A stretch of 64,000 bases of DNA, taken from positions 16,259 to 80,258 of the forward strand of contig JBGCFM010000074.1 in NCBI GenBank assembly GCA_045106895.1, given 5' to 3'. The stretch is from Polyangiales bacterium. GTDB taxonomy: Bacteria > Myxococcota_A > Polyangia > Polyangiales > Houyiibacteriaceae. Positions within the stretch are counted from its first letter, which is position 1. The number at the start of each line of letters is the position of its first letter. The notes beneath the pieces are model-generated. The model saw only the letters and a list, made by a program, of their open reading frames with translations. It was not told where the DNA came from and did not search any database. Shown one piece after another: positions 37,867 to 48,109 of this stretch. Made by a program: the position numbers and the translations under genes.

Positions 37867-39318
37867 CTAGCGAGGTGATCGAACGACCTCTTCTTGCTCC
37901 CAATACACCCCGCGCTCGTCGTGGGCGCTCCACGTGGAGAAGCGCTGCCGCACTCGGCGCACGCGGACCGCTCGGGGACGCTCACCGTCAAAGGGGTCAC
38001 TAGCGAGTAACGCGAGCACGTCCGGCTCGGCGCGCTCCAAGGCGGCGTGGAGTTCGTCGACGAGGGGAGCGTAGGCCGGGTGTCCAAGGGCGGCGAACCA
38101 GAGCCCCCAGTCGAGGCGGGGCAGGTGCGGCGCGCTCTGCGATGGAAGCTCGTCAGGGGAGTCAGGCTTCGCCGAAAACTCGTAGCGCTGCCAGCGTGTG
38201 CCGTCCGCCGTCCCTTCGAAGATGAACTCCACGCGCTCCGTGGTCATTCGCGCAAAGAGACCGTAGCCGCTGACGAGGCGAAGAGGCTGAAGCGCGACGT
38301 AGAAGTTGCCGACGCTGGCCGGCATGCGACTCCATCCGACGAGCGTGCCGAAGGTCGGGATGAGCGCGAACACCATAAGCGCAGCCGCCATCCCTTGGCG
38401 CCAGCGCTGATGCAACACACTCGCCGAGGGAGGCTCATCTGCGTCCGACGGTTGCAGACGCGTGGGCAAACGGCGCCGCCAGAAAGCGTCGTCGATGGCC
38501 GGCAGACAAAGGGACATGGCGAGGAGGTTGAAGAAGCCGAAGTTCCCCGTGACCAAGAATGCACCTTGAAGGGCAACCAACCCCACAGCTGCATGACGCC
38601 GCGCACGCGGCACGAAAAGCAAACACGGCAGCACGAGTTCGGCGGCGAGAGCCGACGCCACGCAAGCGGAGTGGAATGAATCTGGCAGCTGGTGGACGTA
38701 CCAAGACAGCGGCCCTGGAAGCGGCTGCGTCCAGTAGTGAAACTGAAGCGCGGACAGGTCCCGCCAAGTCGCGCCGCCGAGCTTGACGACGCCGGAACAG
38801 AACACGAGACGAAAGTTCAAAAAGTAGAGCGCGTAGCGAGCCAGCGCCGGCGCAGGGACATCGCGCCCTTTCTTCGCCGACAAGGTCGCGAGGGGAATCG
38901 CCACCACGCACGTCTCAAGCAAGAGCGCATCCCATTGGTACGCAAAGAAGCTCGCGCCAATGTTGACGATGGAGAGGTACGAGACGAAGCAGGTGACGAG
39001 CGCCGGAATGCAGAGGCGGCCGGCCATGAGCAAGAGTGACCCGGCGACGCCCAGGTACGCGATGCTGTGCAGCGCGCCGTTCGTCGCACTCAGCCAAGCC
39101 AGGCTAGGTGCGCTCCAAAAGCCCGCACCTTGTGCGCGAAGGTCGTCGAGCCAGAACGCTGCGGGAAAGAGACCGGCATCGCCAATAAGGCCGTCGAGTT
39201 GCGCATTCGCGCTGACGAAGGCGAGGAGGAGTACGCCGCCAAGGGCGCGGAGGAAGAGTCTGGCGGCTAGGTCGTAGGTCTTCGCCGCAGCAGGCGCCGG
39301 GATGTTCGAAGCGCTCAC
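37867..39318 (-). CDS. Lipase maturation factor family protein
   Basis: GLIGDAGLFP, YQWDALLLE, SGVVKL, HYWTQPLP, TGNFGFFN, YGLFARMT, PHLPRLDW. Confidence 0.93.
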   Translation of the reverse strand: MSASNIPAPAAAKTYDLAARLFLRALGGVLLLAFVSANAQLDGLIGDAGLFPAAFWLDDLRAQGAGFWSAPSLAWLSATNGALHSIAYLGVAGSLLLMAGRLCIPALVTCFVSYLSIVNIGASFFAYQWDALLLETCVVAIPLATLSAKKGRDVPAPALARYALYFLNFRLVFCSGVVKLGGATWRDLSALQFHYWTQPLPGPLSWYVHQLPDSFHSACVASALAAELVLPCLLFVPRARRHAAVGLVALQGAFLVTGNFGFFNLLAMSLCLPAIDDAFWRRRLPTRLQPSDADEPPSASVLHQRWRQGMAAALMVFALIPTFGTLVGWSRMPASVGNFYVALQPLRLVSGYGLFARMTTERVEFIFEGTADGTRWQRYEFSAKPDSPDELPSQSAPHLPRLDWGLWFAALGHPAYAPLVDELHAALERAEPDVLALLASDPFDGERPRAVRVRRVRQRFSTWSAHDERGVYWEQEEVVRSPR

Positions 39319-42300
39319 TAGCTGCGCAGGGACTCGACGTCGGTGACGAACTCGCTGAACAAAAGCGGGTCGAGCTTGTCCAAGGTGAGCTCGCCATGAA
39401 TGCGCACCCCAGTCACCGTGTGCTCTCTCATCTCCGGGTTGCCCATCTCAATGGGCTCTTTCCAAAGAATGGCGGCGCTGACACCGGGGGCGAGCTCCTT
39501 GCTCGCGCTCACAAATGCGTAGGGGTCGCCACCCAGGGTCCAGCCGCGGGTCTTGAGGGCGAAGATGCGCCCCGTGTAGGCCTTGATATCGTGGGCGCGG
39601 ACAAGCTCAAACTCGCCGACGTCGGCGGCGCTCGGCCGGTGCACCGGCCGGCCAAGCTGAGCGAAAGGCTGACCGATCTCATAGTCGGCGAAGAGACTCC
39701 CCCACTGCTTGAGCTCGTCGTCGCTGATGTGAACAGGGTGGACGACGCTGATTCGCGCGTCAGCAGCGAGCGTCACGTCGTCGTCGGCGGCGTTTGAGTA
39801 GCCGAGGTCGTCGCGAACGCGAAAGGTCGTGAGCGGCGCGCCACTGCGCGCATGCGCAAACACCAAGCGCCGAGCGAGATGTCCGACGAAGGGGTGCCCC
39901 ACGAGGTGCTTCTCGAACTCATGGGCGCTCCAGCTTCGTTCCGACGCCATCGCACGCTGGAGGCGCTCCACCTGGTCTTTGGCGAGCGCTTCGGCGTCCT
40001 TCTTCAGCGTCGACCACGTCTTCTTCGCGGCCTTCGCGAGGGCGCCGTCGTCGCTCTTGCGGACAGCGGGGATCTTCGCGACGCGCTCCCCCGCTTCGTC
40101 GTGGATGAGCGGATGAAGGTGTTCGTCGAAGGTGACAGTAAAGCGTCGCGGGCCGTAGTCGAGGGTGAGGGAGCCGCCGGCGTCGAGGCCAAGGCTCGGC
40201 GCCGTTTGGTCTTCGAGCTCATCCGCAGAGAGGCCACGCTCGGCGGCGATGTCTCCGAGGACTTGTTGCGCCGCCTTCTTGAGCCACGAGCGGCCGCGGC
40301 GAGACCATCGACCGAGGGGCATCAGGGCGACTTCGCTTCCGATCATTCCGAGGGCCTCGAGGCCAGCAAGGGACACAGCTTTTCCTCCGTCGGCGGCCCA
40401 CGCGTTGATCTGGCTAACGAGCCAGCGAGCGCTCTCGTCGTTGCCGAGGTGGCCCAAGGAATGCGCCGCCCACTTCCAAGCGGGCTTGGCGCCGGCGCTG
40501 GCACACGCCGAGCAAAGGCCGCTGGCAAAGGCGTTGGCGGACGCGTCGTCGAGGCGCTCGGCGACCTGCTCGATGCCTGCGTAGGGCGGATCCACCTCCG
40601 AAAAGATGAGCATCTCCAGGAGGTATTTCGTGCTCTCTTCGCTGAGGGCCTCGCCGCTCGTGAGCCGCGGCCGAGGGAGGCGCTCCAAGTCGACCCAGGA
40701 CGGAATCTTCGGCGGCCGAGTGGGCGCGTCGAGGAGAGGGTCCGCGTCGACGAGGGCAGCGACGGCGGCGTTCAGTTCAGCGGCGTTCAGTTCAGCAGCG
40801 TCCAACTCAGCGGCATTCGCGCCGGCGATGTCACCTCCGATGGACTTGATGACCTCGCCCTCCCCGGCGGCGACGAGCAAACGAAGCGCCGCCGTGGCGA
40901 CCTTGCGGCGTTTTTTGTCGGCACCGAAGGCGTCCGGGAGCAGACCAGCGGCGGCGTGGCTTGGAAAACGAAGGAGCCAGCCACGCGCGACGCGTTTGGT
41001 CTTCGCTTTGAACGCCGCCGCCGCCATGAGCGCGGCAATCTTTGGCGTGCCTAAGTCGCGCAGGCCGGTGATGGTCTCCGGTTGAGTGACCATGCTCGCG
41101 ACGTAGGGCGCGACGTCCGGACCAAGGCGCGCGACGAAGCTCCGCACTTGATCTGCATAGTTCCAGCGCCACCGCTCTTCTCCGGAGATCGTGGCGATGC
41201 AGCGCATGAGCGTCTCGTCATCGTAGACATGCGAGAGCTCCCAGATGTTTAGCTTCGGACGCGCGAGGGTCTTGTCGAGCTGGGCCTGCGTCCCCGGCCG
41301 GACAGCTCTCGCGCCTGCCGCGAGCGTCTTTTGCTCACTCTCATCCAGCGCTAGCTCCGCCGGCAAGTCCAGCAGCGGAAGCTCGAAGCTCGCCTGGACG
41401 GCAGCCTTTCGTTTGCTTCGCCAAGGCGGCGCCCGGAGGACTGCCGGCAGCGCCTCCTCGCTGGCGATTGGCCCGAGGCCCTGCGCGATTGGTGTCTCAG
41501 CCTCAAGATTCGCGAGCATCACCTTCGCGGCCTCCCGCGGGCCTTTCTTTTTGGTGGCCGCGATGACCTCCGGGAGAACCATGCGGCCCAGCTCCGGGTG
41601 TCGCTCAAAATACGACGAGAGGATCGGCCGGACGCTCTTGTCCTGGATGAGCGAAGCCATCGCGCGGGCAGGCTCCACCCCCACGAACACGCTCATCGTG
41701 CGGGCCCACTCGGCCGAAGGACGGCGATGCGTGAGCAGCAGCGGGAGCACATCGAGACCCACCCGCCACACCAGCGTGAGGGCTTGGTCGTACCGGGTCC
41801 CAGAGCGCCGCCAGGTAAGCGCCGCCTTCGCTTCATCGACGTTCGTCGCCATCGCAAAGAGCCCCCAGCCGTACGCTTTGCTGGCAAAAACCGCAGCCCG
41901 CAGGTCCGCGTCTTCGCTGAGGACGAACGCAGCGAACACATAAGCTTGATGACCGGCGTCGAAGCCCGAGGACCACTCGCGAAGCCAAGCCCGCGCTTCC
42001 TCGTACTCACCCTGCGGCGCGAAGGCCATGAGGTGACGTAACGCCGTCCACGCATCGCCTGACCAGCGATGAGCGTGGGGGTCCTTGTGCGGCGACAAGT
42101 CGAAACGCGCCGCGGGCTTGCGCTTGGAATCGTAGATGAGGAAACGAAACTCTGTGCTGCGAACCAGCGCCTTGAACGCCGCGAGCAAGCCGTACTTTTG
42201 CGCCCACAAATGCACCGCGCGCGCCGAGATGCTCTCTCGCCGCTGCATCGTCACGTAAGCAACGCTCACATGAAGGCACGCCGCCTCCAGCTCCGCGTCG

Positions 42301-42563
42301 AAGCCCGTAGGCTCCTCCCCGGCCAAACGCCCACGAACCCGCGCCAACAGCTCCTTGTCCGCGGACTTCGCCAGCGCCTCACCGGCGGCCCATCGAGGCG
42401 GATCTTCGGCGAGAGCAGCGACGCCACTCTTGAACACCGTCGAGGCCTTGAGCCTCGGCCTCGCGCGCGCCGGCGGCTCCATCCCGCGATGTGGGAGGAC
42501 ATGTTTCTTGAGCTCGTCGGTCCACTCGAGGAAGGGCTTGGCGTAGTCGACGGCGGACGGCAT
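39318..42563 (-). CDS. DUF4132 domain protein
   Basis: GLSADELEDQTAPSLGLD, LDYGPRRF, RLQRAMASERSW, HPFVGHLARRLV, DYEIGQPFAQLGR; ATG 42563 preceded by TACCAT-N6. Confidence 0.92.
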   Translation of the reverse strand: MPSAVDYAKPFLEWTDELKKHVLPHRGMEPPARARPRLKASTVFKSGVAALAEDPPRWAAGEALAKSADKELLARVRGRLAGEEPTGFDAELEAACLHVSVAYVTMQRRESISARAVHLWAQKYGLLAAFKALVRSTEFRFLIYDSKRKPAARFDLSPHKDPHAHRWSGDAWTALRHLMAFAPQGEYEEARAWLREWSSGFDAGHQAYVFAAFVLSEDADLRAAVFASKAYGWGLFAMATNVDEAKAALTWRRSGTRYDQALTLVWRVGLDVLPLLLTHRRPSAEWARTMSVFVGVEPARAMASLIQDKSVRPILSSYFERHPELGRMVLPEVIAATKKKGPREAAKVMLANLEAETPIAQGLGPIASEEALPAVLRAPPWRSKRKAAVQASFELPLLDLPAELALDESEQKTLAAGARAVRPGTQAQLDKTLARPKLNIWELSHVYDDETLMRCIATISGEERWRWNYADQVRSFVARLGPDVAPYVASMVTQPETITGLRDLGTPKIAALMAAAAFKAKTKRVARGWLLRFPSHAAAGLLPDAFGADKKRRKVATAALRLLVAAGEGEVIKSIGGDIAGANAAELDAAELNAAELNAAVAALVDADPLLDAPTRPPKIPSWVDLERLPRPRLTSGEALSEESTKYLLEMLIFSEVDPPYAGIEQVAERLDDASANAFASGLCSACASAGAKPAWKWAAHSLGHLGNDESARWLVSQINAWAADGGKAVSLAGLEALGMIGSEVALMPLGRWSRRGRSWLKKAAQQVLGDIAAERGLSADELEDQTAPSLGLDAGGSLTLDYGPRRFTVTFDEHLHPLIHDEAGERVAKIPAVRKSDDGALAKAAKKTWSTLKKDAEALAKDQVERLQRAMASERSWSAHEFEKHLVGHPFVGHLARRLVFAHARSGAPLTTFRVRDDLGYSNAADDDVTLAADARISVVHPVHISDDELKQWGSLFADYEIGQPFAQLGRPVHRPSAADVGEFELVRAHDIKAYTGRIFALKTRGWTLGGDPYAFVSASKELAPGVSAAILWKEPIEMGNPEMREHTVTGVRIHGELTLDKLDPLLFSEFVTDVESLRS
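40765..40818. repeat. In-frame 15-bp tandem repeat (~3.5 copies; NAAEL/DAAEL)
   Basis: GCGGCGTTCAGTTCA x2 plus degenerate copies. Confidence 0.85.
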
Positions 42564-42625
42564 GGGCGGATGGTAGGGGACTCGCGGGCCTTGTTGAAGT
42601 GGCGCGTTGACGGCCAGGCGGGGGT

Positions 42626-45600
42626 CTACCCGGCGGCCAGCTTCGCGGCCTGGAAGAACTCCGCAGGCATGGGCCGCTCCATTTCCCACTCGATGCGCAT
42701 GGGTCGGTCGCCTTCGTGGCGAAGATAGCGGACTGCGCCGAGGTTCATGTATGCCATGGCTGCTCCGCGTTCGTCTTTCTGCCGCTGTCGAACGAAGAGC
42801 AACGCCCGTTGCTCACCATGTCCGATATCTAAGTAGCGCTTTCCCGTCGGCGTGCCTGCATGACACGTGCTCTGGCTCTCCCAATGAAAGCGCCGCGGAC
42901 TCATGGGGTAATCCTGGTACATCGTCGTCGCCGTGAACGTCTTTTCGCTCTTCTGAAGCGTCACGAAGAAGAGGTCCGTTCGCTGCTTGGACAGGTAGTA
43001 GACACCGGTCTGAGTCTTTTTGACGCCGCCCTTCTTGGTGCGCTCGTCGAAGGCCGCCAATATCTCGAATCGCGTATAGGTGGCGTGATCGGCGAGAGGC
43101 GCACCGCCCCGGGGAAAGCTCACACGACGACATCGGTTGGCGAGCACGCCCATGAGCTCTCGCAGCTCACGACGAAGCCAGTCGTTCCGCCAGATGCGGT
43201 CCCACGTGGTTTGCATCTCATCGAAAGACTCACTGGCACGAAGCAGAACAAAGAACATCCGCTGCATCGCACTGTCCGGAGTCGCCCGCAGTCGCTTGCC
43301 ACGGAGGAAAGACTCAAAGGCGTCGAGGCGTGCGAAGTCATCGATATGCAGGGTGCGCCGAAATGCCTTCTCAATGGCGCCATCCACGCTATCCGGCTGG
43401 CGTGTCTCAAAGCCGGCCCAACGCCGAAGGTCCGTCCAACACCCGCTGCTGTACACATCCTCCAGCTCAAAGCCCGTCTCTCGCAGAAACACGTCGAGGC
43501 TCACATCACCCAGCGCCTTCAGGTCGTCGACGAGGGACTTTCGCCCACGGCCCACCGCCGCGCGGATGTTCTCGAGCACAGACTTCTGGGCTTGGCGATC
43601 GAGCTGGATCACGCAGCCACTCGGCAGCAACGGGAAGCCGTCTTCGATGTGCTTCTCGATGGACTTTCGAGTGCCGCCAAGGAGCGCCCGATAGCGCGCG
43701 TCGAACCGAAACTTTCGATGAGCATCGCCAATAAAGTCGAGGACGGTGCAGCATTCCTTGTCCGATGAGAGGCGTAGACCTCGACCGAGTTGCTGCAGAA
43801 ACACCGTCGCGCTCTCCGTGGGCCTCAGGAAGAGGATGGTGTCGACCTTCGGGATGTCGACGCCCTCGTTGTAGAGGTCAACGCTGAAGATGATGTTCAC
43901 CTCACCGCTCTCCAGCTGACGCCGCACCAAGTCTCTTTCAACAGTCGTGGAGCGCGCACTCACCACAGCGGCGGCGATGCCTGCGTCGCTAAACTGCTTC
44001 GTCATGAACTCGGCGTGCCGAATGTCCACGCAGAACCCGAGGGCTCGCATCTGGCTCACGTCCGTGATCTTGGCGACGGTTTCTTGGATGACGCGTCGGG
44101 CAAACATGTGATCCGCCGTGTAGACCGCTCCGAGCTCCCGCACCTGATAGCGGCCGCCGGACCACTTCACTCCGCGCAGGTCGGGGCCGTTGCCGATGCC
44201 GAAATACTGAAAGGGCGAGAGCAGGTCCTGGTCCAGAGCCTTCCAAAGCCGAAGCTCCGAGGCGATGCGGCCGTCAAACCATCCGAGGACACTCTTTCCG
44301 TCTGTGCGCTCCGGCGTGGCGGTGAGCCCAACGAGCACTTTCGGTGTCAGGTGCTCTAGAAGGCGCTCGTAGGTGGGCGCGCGCGCGTGGTGGAACTCGT
44401 CGACGATCACAACGTCGAAGTAGTCCGCAGGAATTTCCTCGAGCCGGTCTGCGTGAAGCGACTGAACCGAGGCGAAGACGTGCTCGTAGGCAGCGGGCGT
44501 ATCGCCGCCTGCGAGGCGTTCGCCAAACCCTCCGTCGCGGAGCACCGTCTGAAACGTAGCCATGCTCTGGTCGAGGATCTCTTTTCGGTGCGCGACAAAG
44601 AGGAGGCGAGCCCGAGGAAGTTCGTTACGAATCCGCTTGTAGTCGAGGGCCGCAACAATGGTCTTGCCGGTGCCCGTCGCCGCCACGACGAGGTTCCGCG
44701 TGTGCCCACGACTACGCTCCGCGTAGAGCGCGTCGAGGATCTCCTGCTGGTGTGCCCGAGGTTGAATATCCAGCTTTAGATAGAGCGAGAGACGCGAGCG
44801 CTTGGCACGCTGTATCGCCTCTTGAAACTGCTCAGGGTCGTAGCTCTGGAAGACGGGGTCATCCCAATACTGTGAAAACGTCGCCCCGAACTTCTTCAGA
44901 ATCGCCGCGTTGTCCACCTGTGACACCCGAACATTCCACTCCACGCCGTCGAGCATGGCCGCGTGGGACAGGTTCGAAGAACCGATGGCCGCCGTCGAGA
45001 ATCCAGAAGCGCGATAGAAGAGCCATGCCTTTGCGTGCAAACGTGTGCGCTGCGTGTCGTAGCTGACCTTCAGCTCGGCGCCCATGCGTACCAGCTCATC
45101 CAGCGCGCGACGCTCCGTCGCGCTCATATAGGCGGTGGTCAGAACGCGAAGCGCGCCGCGTTTGCACAACGCTTCCAGCTCCGGCAGCACCAGTCGCAGA
45201 CCGCTCCACTTCAGAAACGAGCAAAGCAAGTCCACGCGGTCGGCGGAAGCAATCTCCTTCTTCAGCTCTGGACCGATGCTGAGGTCATGTCGTCCGTTGA
45301 CCAAAAGCGCGCTCTGAGAAAGCGGCAACCCTGGGTAGCGCGGAACATGTGGCTTCTTCGGCGGAGCGACGGGCGTGAGGACCGCACGAAGAACGCGACC
45401 TGGCGACGCAAGGTGGTCACCGGCCAGCACCACTCCAGGCGACGCTTCAGTGAGTTTCACGAGGAGCTCGTTCACCAGGCTGACCTGCGCATCCACCCGG
45501 CCCTCTACCGGTAGCGACTCCAAAACACGGACCAAGCGCGCTTGCAGCACGCGGCTGAAGGCGAGTGCGGAGGCGCCCGCATCGACGTCTTCGACGCGCA

Positions 45601-45682
45601 CGAGCTCGGACTGGATGCCTCGAAGCTCGTCGTCGACTTCGACGGTGACAGGTTGGTCGTAGAGGCCGGTCTTCAGAGGCAT
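42626..45682 (-). CDS. PLD-nuclease / SF2 helicase / DUF3427 protein (SauUSI-like type IV restriction architecture)
   Basis: RLHAKAW..GSSNLS, ATGTGKT, DEFHH, TATPER, QQLGRGLR, FVTLQKSEK..TMYQDY..FHWESQ. Confidence 0.9.
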   Translation of the reverse strand: MPLKTGLYDQPVTVEVDDELRGIQSELVRVEDVDAGASALAFSRVLQARLVRVLESLPVEGRVDAQVSLVNELLVKLTEASPGVVLAGDHLASPGRVLRAVLTPVAPPKKPHVPRYPGLPLSQSALLVNGRHDLSIGPELKKEIASADRVDLLCSFLKWSGLRLVLPELEALCKRGALRVLTTAYMSATERRALDELVRMGAELKVSYDTQRTRLHAKAWLFYRASGFSTAAIGSSNLSHAAMLDGVEWNVRVSQVDNAAILKKFGATFSQYWDDPVFQSYDPEQFQEAIQRAKRSRLSLYLKLDIQPRAHQQEILDALYAERSRGHTRNLVVAATGTGKTIVAALDYKRIRNELPRARLLFVAHRKEILDQSMATFQTVLRDGGFGERLAGGDTPAAYEHVFASVQSLHADRLEEIPADYFDVVIVDEFHHARAPTYERLLEHLTPKVLVGLTATPERTDGKSVLGWFDGRIASELRLWKALDQDLLSPFQYFGIGNGPDLRGVKWSGGRYQVRELGAVYTADHMFARRVIQETVAKITDVSQMRALGFCVDIRHAEFMTKQFSDAGIAAAVVSARSTTVERDLVRRQLESGEVNIIFSVDLYNEGVDIPKVDTILFLRPTESATVFLQQLGRGLRLSSDKECCTVLDFIGDAHRKFRFDARYRALLGGTRKSIEKHIEDGFPLLPSGCVIQLDRQAQKSVLENIRAAVGRGRKSLVDDLKALGDVSLDVFLRETGFELEDVYSSGCWTDLRRWAGFETRQPDSVDGAIEKAFRRTLHIDDFARLDAFESFLRGKRLRATPDSAMQRMFFVLLRASESFDEMQTTWDRIWRNDWLRRELRELMGVLANRCRRVSFPRGGAPLADHATYTRFEILAAFDERTKKGGVKKTQTGVYYLSKQRTDLFFVTLQKSEKTFTATTMYQDYPMSPRRFHWESQSTCHAGTPTGKRYLDIGHGEQRALLFVRQRQKDERGAAMAYMNLGAVRYLRHEGDRPMRIEWEMERPMPAEFFQAAKLAAG

Positions 45683-45959
45683 TGAAGGCAGTGTCTCACA
45701 CGGCACAACGGCTTCTCTTCGAGCTTTCGCTTCGTTTTCGCCAATCCGGAAACGATCAACGAATGACACTCTCACACCTTCAAAGCGCCACAAGAGGCTC
45801 ACTTTGTTCGTTTTGTCTCCGCGATCTGCAACCTTGGCATCCAAGGTTGAAGGCCTCACTCAAGATGAACCAAGGAGGCTTCCTCGCTCAACCGCGTCTG
45901 ACGCGGAAGGTGAGTGCGGGCGCAGGTTGCGTTCCGGGGCCGTTACGTCCGCGGTCTAT

Positions 45960-46983
45960 TCAGCCATCGTCTTCCTCGCTCCCGGTGATCTTCTTCGCAT
46001 CGCTCACGAAACGGTCGAAGTCCGATTCGAACTCCGCGTCTTGCACCTGGCGAAACGAGTCATACTCCGCTTCAGCTTTGATCCTCGCCACCGCTGACCT
46101 GAGCGTGCCTTTGTCCGTCAGCACTTCGTAACTGTTGAGCTTGAGGAAGTCGTCGAGGAACGTAGCCCACTGGGCCATCTTTGTGACCAGCCCGCGGCGC
46201 GCGCGGTTCTCCGCGAGGTCGAGGTAGGCGGACACTAGCCCGTTGAGCTCGGCGATGGCGTCTTGGCTCAAATAGTTCTTGGCCACGGACACGTCGGACT
46301 TGAGCACTTTGCCGTCCGGCGCCTGCTTCCAGTTTGTGAGCCCATGTGCGGCTGGGCGGCATCGGCGCGCTCGTTGATGATCTCGGCAGCGGTCTGCCCG
46401 CTGATGGCGAAGTGCAGTTTGTTTTGCACGGAGGCAAAGAACTCGCGTGTCGTTGGCGCTCGCCCGTCGTAGTCCGGCGCCGTGCGTAGAGATCGGTGAT
46501 CTTCTGGTAGAAGCGCCGCTCACTCGCGCGGATCTCGCGAATACGCTCGAGTAGCTCTTCGAAGTAGTCTTTGCCGAAGGCGGTGCGGCCCTGCTTGAGA
46601 CGTTCGTCGTGGAGGACAAAACCCTTGACCATGTACTCCCGCAACGTGGCCGTGGCCCAAATGCGAAACTGCGTCGCTTCAAAGCTGTTGACCCGGTAGC
46701 CAACAGCAATGATGGCATCGAGGTTGTAGTGCTTGGTCCAGTAGACTTTGCCGTCGGCGGCAGTTGTTTCCAAATTGGAAACAACTGCTTTCTCCTGCAG
46801 TTCCGAGGACTTGAAGATGTTTGCGAGATGCTTACTCACAGCGGGGACGCCGACGCCGAACAGCTCCGCCAGCGCCTTCTGAGGCAGCCACACCGTCTCT
46901 TCGCGAAGCAGCACATGGACGCGCACGGCGCCGCTGGGCGCTGTGTACAGCAAGAAGTCCGCCCCGTCGCTCTCATCGTTCAT
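45960..46983 (-). pseudogene. rhuM: Virulence RhuM family gene with two -1 frameshifts
   Basis: ETVWLPQKALAELF, YNLDAIIAVGYRVNS, YFEELLERIREIRASERRFYQK; frame changes near 46483 and 46341; AKNYL in third frame. Confidence 0.85.
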
Positions 46984-47035
46984 CCGACCACTTTCGCACC
47001 GGCATGTGACATCACCGTTGTCATCGTAAGCGCCG

Positions 47036-47306
47036 TTAACCTTTCCGTTGCCTGCCTCGTCGAGCGTCGGAACCGGCGGCTCGATGAACATGCTCCTTTT
47101 TCGGACCCCGTCTCCGACAGACCAAACGCCGCGCGCTTACAGGAAAGCTCACCAAGAATCGCATCAATGCGCGCTTTGCGAGAGCGCGCCAGATCGATGA
47201 GGTCGCCCGTCCTGCGCCGGTCATCGGCTTCCAGCTCATAGTAGTCCACGTTCTCAAGGAGCTCATCGTGGTTGAGTTGAGCCAGGAGCCCCCGCTTGCT
47301 GAGCAT
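47036..47306 (-). pseudogene. Degenerate N-terminal helical fragment resembling the leader domain of some restriction-modification subunits
   Basis: MLSKRGLLAQL..DELL..VD..EL..DRR..LID..SRKA..IL.ELS..GL..TG.EK pattern recalled from memory; no catalytic part follows. Confidence 0.35.
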
Positions 47307-47392
47307 GGCCGGCAGCGTATTCGTAAAGGCTAGGTGCCGTCAGTAAGGAACTGAGGATTCAGGAGCTGCAGCTGTCCCGGCATTTCCAACCG

Positions 47393-47854
47393 TCATGGGG
47401 AGCTTGCTGGTTGCGACGCCAGCGCCGCCACGTCTGCGAGGTCCTGGGGTCGACCTGATGCGGTCTTGTTAGTGACCAGGTCTGCGCGGCTAATCAACGA
47501 AACGGAGAGCTTGCCCAAGGTGATGGTCTTCGCTCGTCCGATGACTTCGTCTGTGTCGATGCCGTCCGCGTTGACGAGGATGTCGATGCGCAGTGGGGGC
47601 ACGCCCATATAGACCACTTCGTTCGGCGCGAGCTGGGCGGCGGCTTTCGTCACGTTTGGGGGCGCACCGAAGGTGTCCAGAGCGTGCGTCAGTCTCTGCC
47701 GGTTGTCGCCGCGGATGGACACCAAGACATCAAGGTCCTTCGTGGCGCGAGGCTCGGCGTAGTAACCCACTGCATAGCCACCAAGAAGTACGTAGCTAAC
47801 CTCGAAGCGGGCGAACTCCGCCAACAGATCTTTGAAGTCGGGGTGCAGGTCCAT
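47393..47854 (-). CDS. Minimal nucleotidyltransferase (DUF6036-like)
   Basis: LLGGYAV..Y..PRATKDLD, RIDIL, NK.ASGRPQDLADV. Confidence 0.88.
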   Translation of the reverse strand: MDLHPDFKDLLAEFARFEVSYVLLGGYAVGYYAEPRATKDLDVLVSIRGDNRQRLTHALDTFGAPPNVTKAAAQLAPNEVVYMGVPPLRIDILVNADGIDTDEVIGRAKTITLGKLSVSLISRADLVTNKTASGRPQDLADVAALASQPASSP

Positions 47855-48026
47855 TTTCGCCTCTCAACGCCATCGAGTCTTCGACCAGGCTCCAGATGAG
47901 AGCGAAGCGCTCACCAGCGCCAAGGCCCTCGCTGCTGTTGCGCGGCAATGCGTCAAACGAAGTGGCCACGCCCCCCGTCCAGCTGCGGCGCCGCGCTGCC
48001 GCTCGGTCTGCTCTCTTCGAATCCAC
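47796..48026 (-). CDS. Small partner protein of the nucleotidyltransferase
   Basis: 76 aa, ER...W.L..., C-terminal PRLQRSVGGV; overlaps NTase start by 59 nt; TACCAT-N6-GTG. Confidence 0.7.
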   Translation of the reverse strand: MDSKRADRAAARRRSWTGGVATSFDALPRNSSEGLGAGERFALIWSLVEDSMALRGENGPAPRLQRSVGGVRPLRG

Positions 48027-48109
48027 TGAGGAATGGTAGCACGCTCCTCCGAGTGCTGTTCAGTGACGCGCGACTTGAGCGACCAAGGCTGCGGGATCTG
48101 GGCTAAGCG

